Shown here one piece after another: positions 61,190 to 64,000 of a DNA stretch of 64,000 nucleotides; within the stretch, counting starts at the first letter, position 1, and each line of letters starts with the position of its first letter. The stretch lies in NCBI RefSeq assembly GCF_020745735.1, contig NC_083426.1, positions 39,370,001 through 39,434,000 of the forward strand, written 5' to 3'. Position numbers and translations under genes: made by a program. The notes under the pieces are model-generated. The model was not told where the DNA came from. It ran no database searches and saw only the letters and a list, made by a program, of their open reading frames with translations. The stretch is from Hemiscyllium ocellatum (Eukaryota).

Positions 61190-62520
61190 ATGGGTGGGAA
61201 TCAGAAAGCTTCCTGATCAGATTTGGAGTCAGGCAGGGCATTCTCCTGCCTTGTCTCTGTGCTGTATAGTGCCTTTTGCAGAGTCCATCAGGAAGGATGT
61301 GAGCCTGAGAGCAGTGACTATTCCAAGCAGTGGAGGCCTGTAGGTCAAAGCCTTCCTGTACATGGATGACATCCCGTTTTTTGCTCAGAGCCTGAAGACT
61401 GGAGGTTGGCTAACGTGTGCCACTCTCTGAGGAGGGCAGTAAGGACAAGCCAGGGAACTATAGACCAGTGAGCCTGACGACAGTAGTGGACAAGTTGTTA
61501 GAGGGAATGCTGAGGGACAGGATGTACATGTATTTCAAAAGGCAAGGGCTGATTAGGGATAGTCAACATGGCTTTGTGTGTTAAAAATCATGTCACACAA
61601 ACTTGATTGTTTCTTCTTCAAAAAACTCAAAGAGGATTGATGAGGGCAGAGCGGTAGATGTGATCTATACGGACTGCAGTAAGGGAACTGATGCTTTATA
61701 CCTGATACAATCTGGACAAATCATCTGAAGTTGCTGGGTGAAATGTTCCTGATGAAGGGCTTATGCTTGAAACATCAATTCTCCCAGTCCTCGGATGCTG
61801 CCTGACCAGCTGTGCTTTTCCAGCACCACCATCTTCAATTCTGAAGTTGCTGGGTGTCTAGGTCAGAGGAGCTGGGCCTGTGCCAAAATTTGGGATGAAT
61901 GTATTGCAAAGGTAAGGTAGAGACTGGGCAGATGAGTGCACTGCTCCCTCTCTATTGACTGTCATACATCTCCTTATGGAAGGTGCCTGTGCAAAGATGC
62001 AGTGGATTTGGTCACAATTTATCCCAAGCAAGTGTATGATGCAGGACTCTGCGCTCTGTTGCCCAGGATGCACACCGAGGCAAACATCAAATGCACCTGG
62101 AGGACCATCAACTTTGTGAAAAATGCTCTTTCATCTGCCTAAAACTTGTCCTTTAATGCAAAGAGTTGACCTGGACTAAGTGTTGCAGACTGGCACATTC
62201 CAAGTCAAGGAGTATGCGCTGAGAGATGCATTAAAGCTTGTGGTTGGTGCCGCCAGGGCATGGTGGGAAAAGACCACTATCTAAGATCCTTCTGCCAAAG
62301 TGTAAAAAGTGTCCATTCAGTTAATCAGACCCTCTCTTTGGCTCAAATGTGTATAAATTAATGTGCTGCATGAGTAGGAGTGCCTTTGGTTTTTGCAACT
62401 GCAGGGAACATCAAATTTCAATGTTTGTTTGTTCTGTATATACAAAGGCTTACAGAACTACTTTCTTAGCTATGTGCATAAAGGTTTTTGAAAATAAAGT
62501 ACACTTTTGCAATAAATAAT
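61190..62520 (+). mobile_element. Tx1/L1-clade non-LTR retrotransposon remnant with nested CR1 (61390-61685) and Penelope (61741-61839) pieces
   Basis: GVRQG, CCIVPFAESIRKDVSLRAVTIPSSGGL, LYMDD (about 61357-61371), later HLKLLGV and TWRTINFVKNAL; AATAAA-rich end. Confidence 0.75.
61741..61839 (+). mobile_element. Penelope pLTR fragment with hammerhead motif and 17-bp TSD
   Basis: CTGATGA 61749...GAAA 61769; TCTGAAGTTGCTGGGTG at 61724-61740 and 61840-61856. Confidence 0.8.
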
Positions 62521-62619
62521 CTGTACAGTACTTGAACTGTATCTGACAATACTGTAGTCCTGTTTATTATCCACCATGCTGTTATGCTTGCATTTCCATC
62601 CTGAACCTACTACAATGTT

Positions 62620-63185
62620 CCAAAGAAGCACAACACAAACTGAAAGAACAATACCTCATTTTCCCTTGGGCATTTTACAACTTCCAAGTCTCAATATTGA
62701 GATCCACCGACCATGACCACAGTTTCCTCAAATTCTCTTACATTTTTCATCCCCTCCCACTCTCTCACACTGGCTTGTGCCTTGTTTACTTTGCTCTCAG
62801 CCTAGTGAACCTATTTTATTTTTCTCACACATCTCCTTAACCATCATCAACGCTCCCCTTGTCTTTCCCTCTAGGCACTTTTGCACTCTGTTTCACTTGC
62901 TGTTTCATATCTATTTTCAAACTTCTTTCAGTTGTACAGAAGACATATCAGATGCAAAGTATAAAACTCTGTTTCTCATTCTACAGATGCCACCAGACCT
63001 GCTGAGTTTAACAAGTATTTTGTTTTTATTTCAGATTTCCAGTATCCACAGTATTTTCCTTTTATCCAAACGAGTAGCATTGAATTGGAGAGGTGATCTC
63101 TAGAGATTGTATTGGACTTACTGAGCTGCTTCAGCATTTTCTGTCTTCATTTCAGAATGCCAGCTTCTGCGGTATTTTAGTTTCA
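62620..63185 (+). mobile_element. Old Penelope-like 3' remnant with a duplicated terminus
   Basis: gaacaatacctcattttc (GIY-YIG end); cagacctgctgagt...tttcagatttccag-like terminus occurs twice. Confidence 0.55.
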
Positions 63186-64000
63186 TGTCACCCAATTATT
63201 TCCTTCACAATTTTAACAGGTTCAGTCACTCATTTCAATTAAGATGTCAAAAAGTCACGAGCTTTTTTAAAATTCACTCATATGATTTGGATGTCACCAA
63301 CTGAGCCAGCATTCATTACCCATCCCTGTTTGCCCTTGATCAGGTGGTGATGAGCTGTTTTATTGACCCACTGCAGGGTATTTGGTGTAAGTACATCCAC
63401 AATGCCATCAAAGAGGGAGTTTCAAATTTTGACCAATGACACTGAAGGAACAACAATACATTTCCAAGGGTGTGTGTCTCTTAGGTGGTAGCTTGTAGGT
63501 GACAGTGTTTCCATGCCCTCATCCAGCTGGATGGTTGCAGTCGTGGGTTTGGAAAGTGCTGTTTAAGGAGCCTTGGTGAATTACTACAGTGCACCTTCTA
63601 AATTCAGTCACCAGAAATGTGAAACAAGAATAGAGAGAAAAAAAACCAATCACTCTGAGAAAGGAACTGCACCTAAAATAATAATAGATTTTCTGGATAG
63701 ATTTGATTATCTTTCAACAGAGTTGGCAAGGTTTTAAGTACTAGTGATGGTATTGTAGGGGCATTGAGGTTACTAAATAGTCCTCTTAAAATATGAGAAT
63801 TCTCTGTGCTTCAAAAGGTCTTCTCACATTACTGCTGGAAAGTTTGAATATCATGAAGAGAATGGTGACAGCCAGGTCAGAATTTCTGAACGGTGGCAAT
63901 CTCAAGCAGATTTTACCTCCAGCTCCTTTTTTTTTAAAACCAAATCATGGAACTCCATATTTTAGAGAGATTCTGATCAGGTCTCTCTCAAAAATAACAT

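Overview
Eukaryotic, intron-rich vertebrate DNA. The repeat content (HE1/V-SINEs, CR1/HER1-like LINEs, Penelope-like elements) points to a shark, possibly a bamboo or carpet shark; this is an inference. Two convergent spliced genes can be rebuilt exon by exon with GT-AG sites and consistent reading phase. FANCE lies on the + strand (10 coding exons, 2086-24378, 528 aa) behind a CpG/E2F promoter at about 1460-1730. A makorin RING-finger E3 ligase, most likely MKRN4, lies on the - strand (8 coding exons, 60782-27059, 451 aa) with a CpG-island promoter at about 60.3-61.0 kb. The introns are dense with CR1 LINEs, several SINE families, Tigger-like MITEs and a roughly 9 kb Gmr1-type Gypsy element (integrase before RT) carrying nested insertions; a Tx1 remnant lies upstream of the makorin promoter. 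The most striking non-genic signal is a set of Penelope-like elements from at least three families. Their pseudo-LTRs fold back as inverted repeats and carry minimal hammerhead-ribozyme cores (CUGAnGA-N-stemII-GAAA-NN-UH), several with all catalytic residues intact, including one sitting as the loop of a perfect 56-bp hairpin in a FANCE intron. The makorin is also atypical: it lacks the third C3H finger and the Cys-His motif, and it has a degenerate tandem RRxS-x-P repeat. All assignments come from reading the sequence and from remembered family features; no searches were run.
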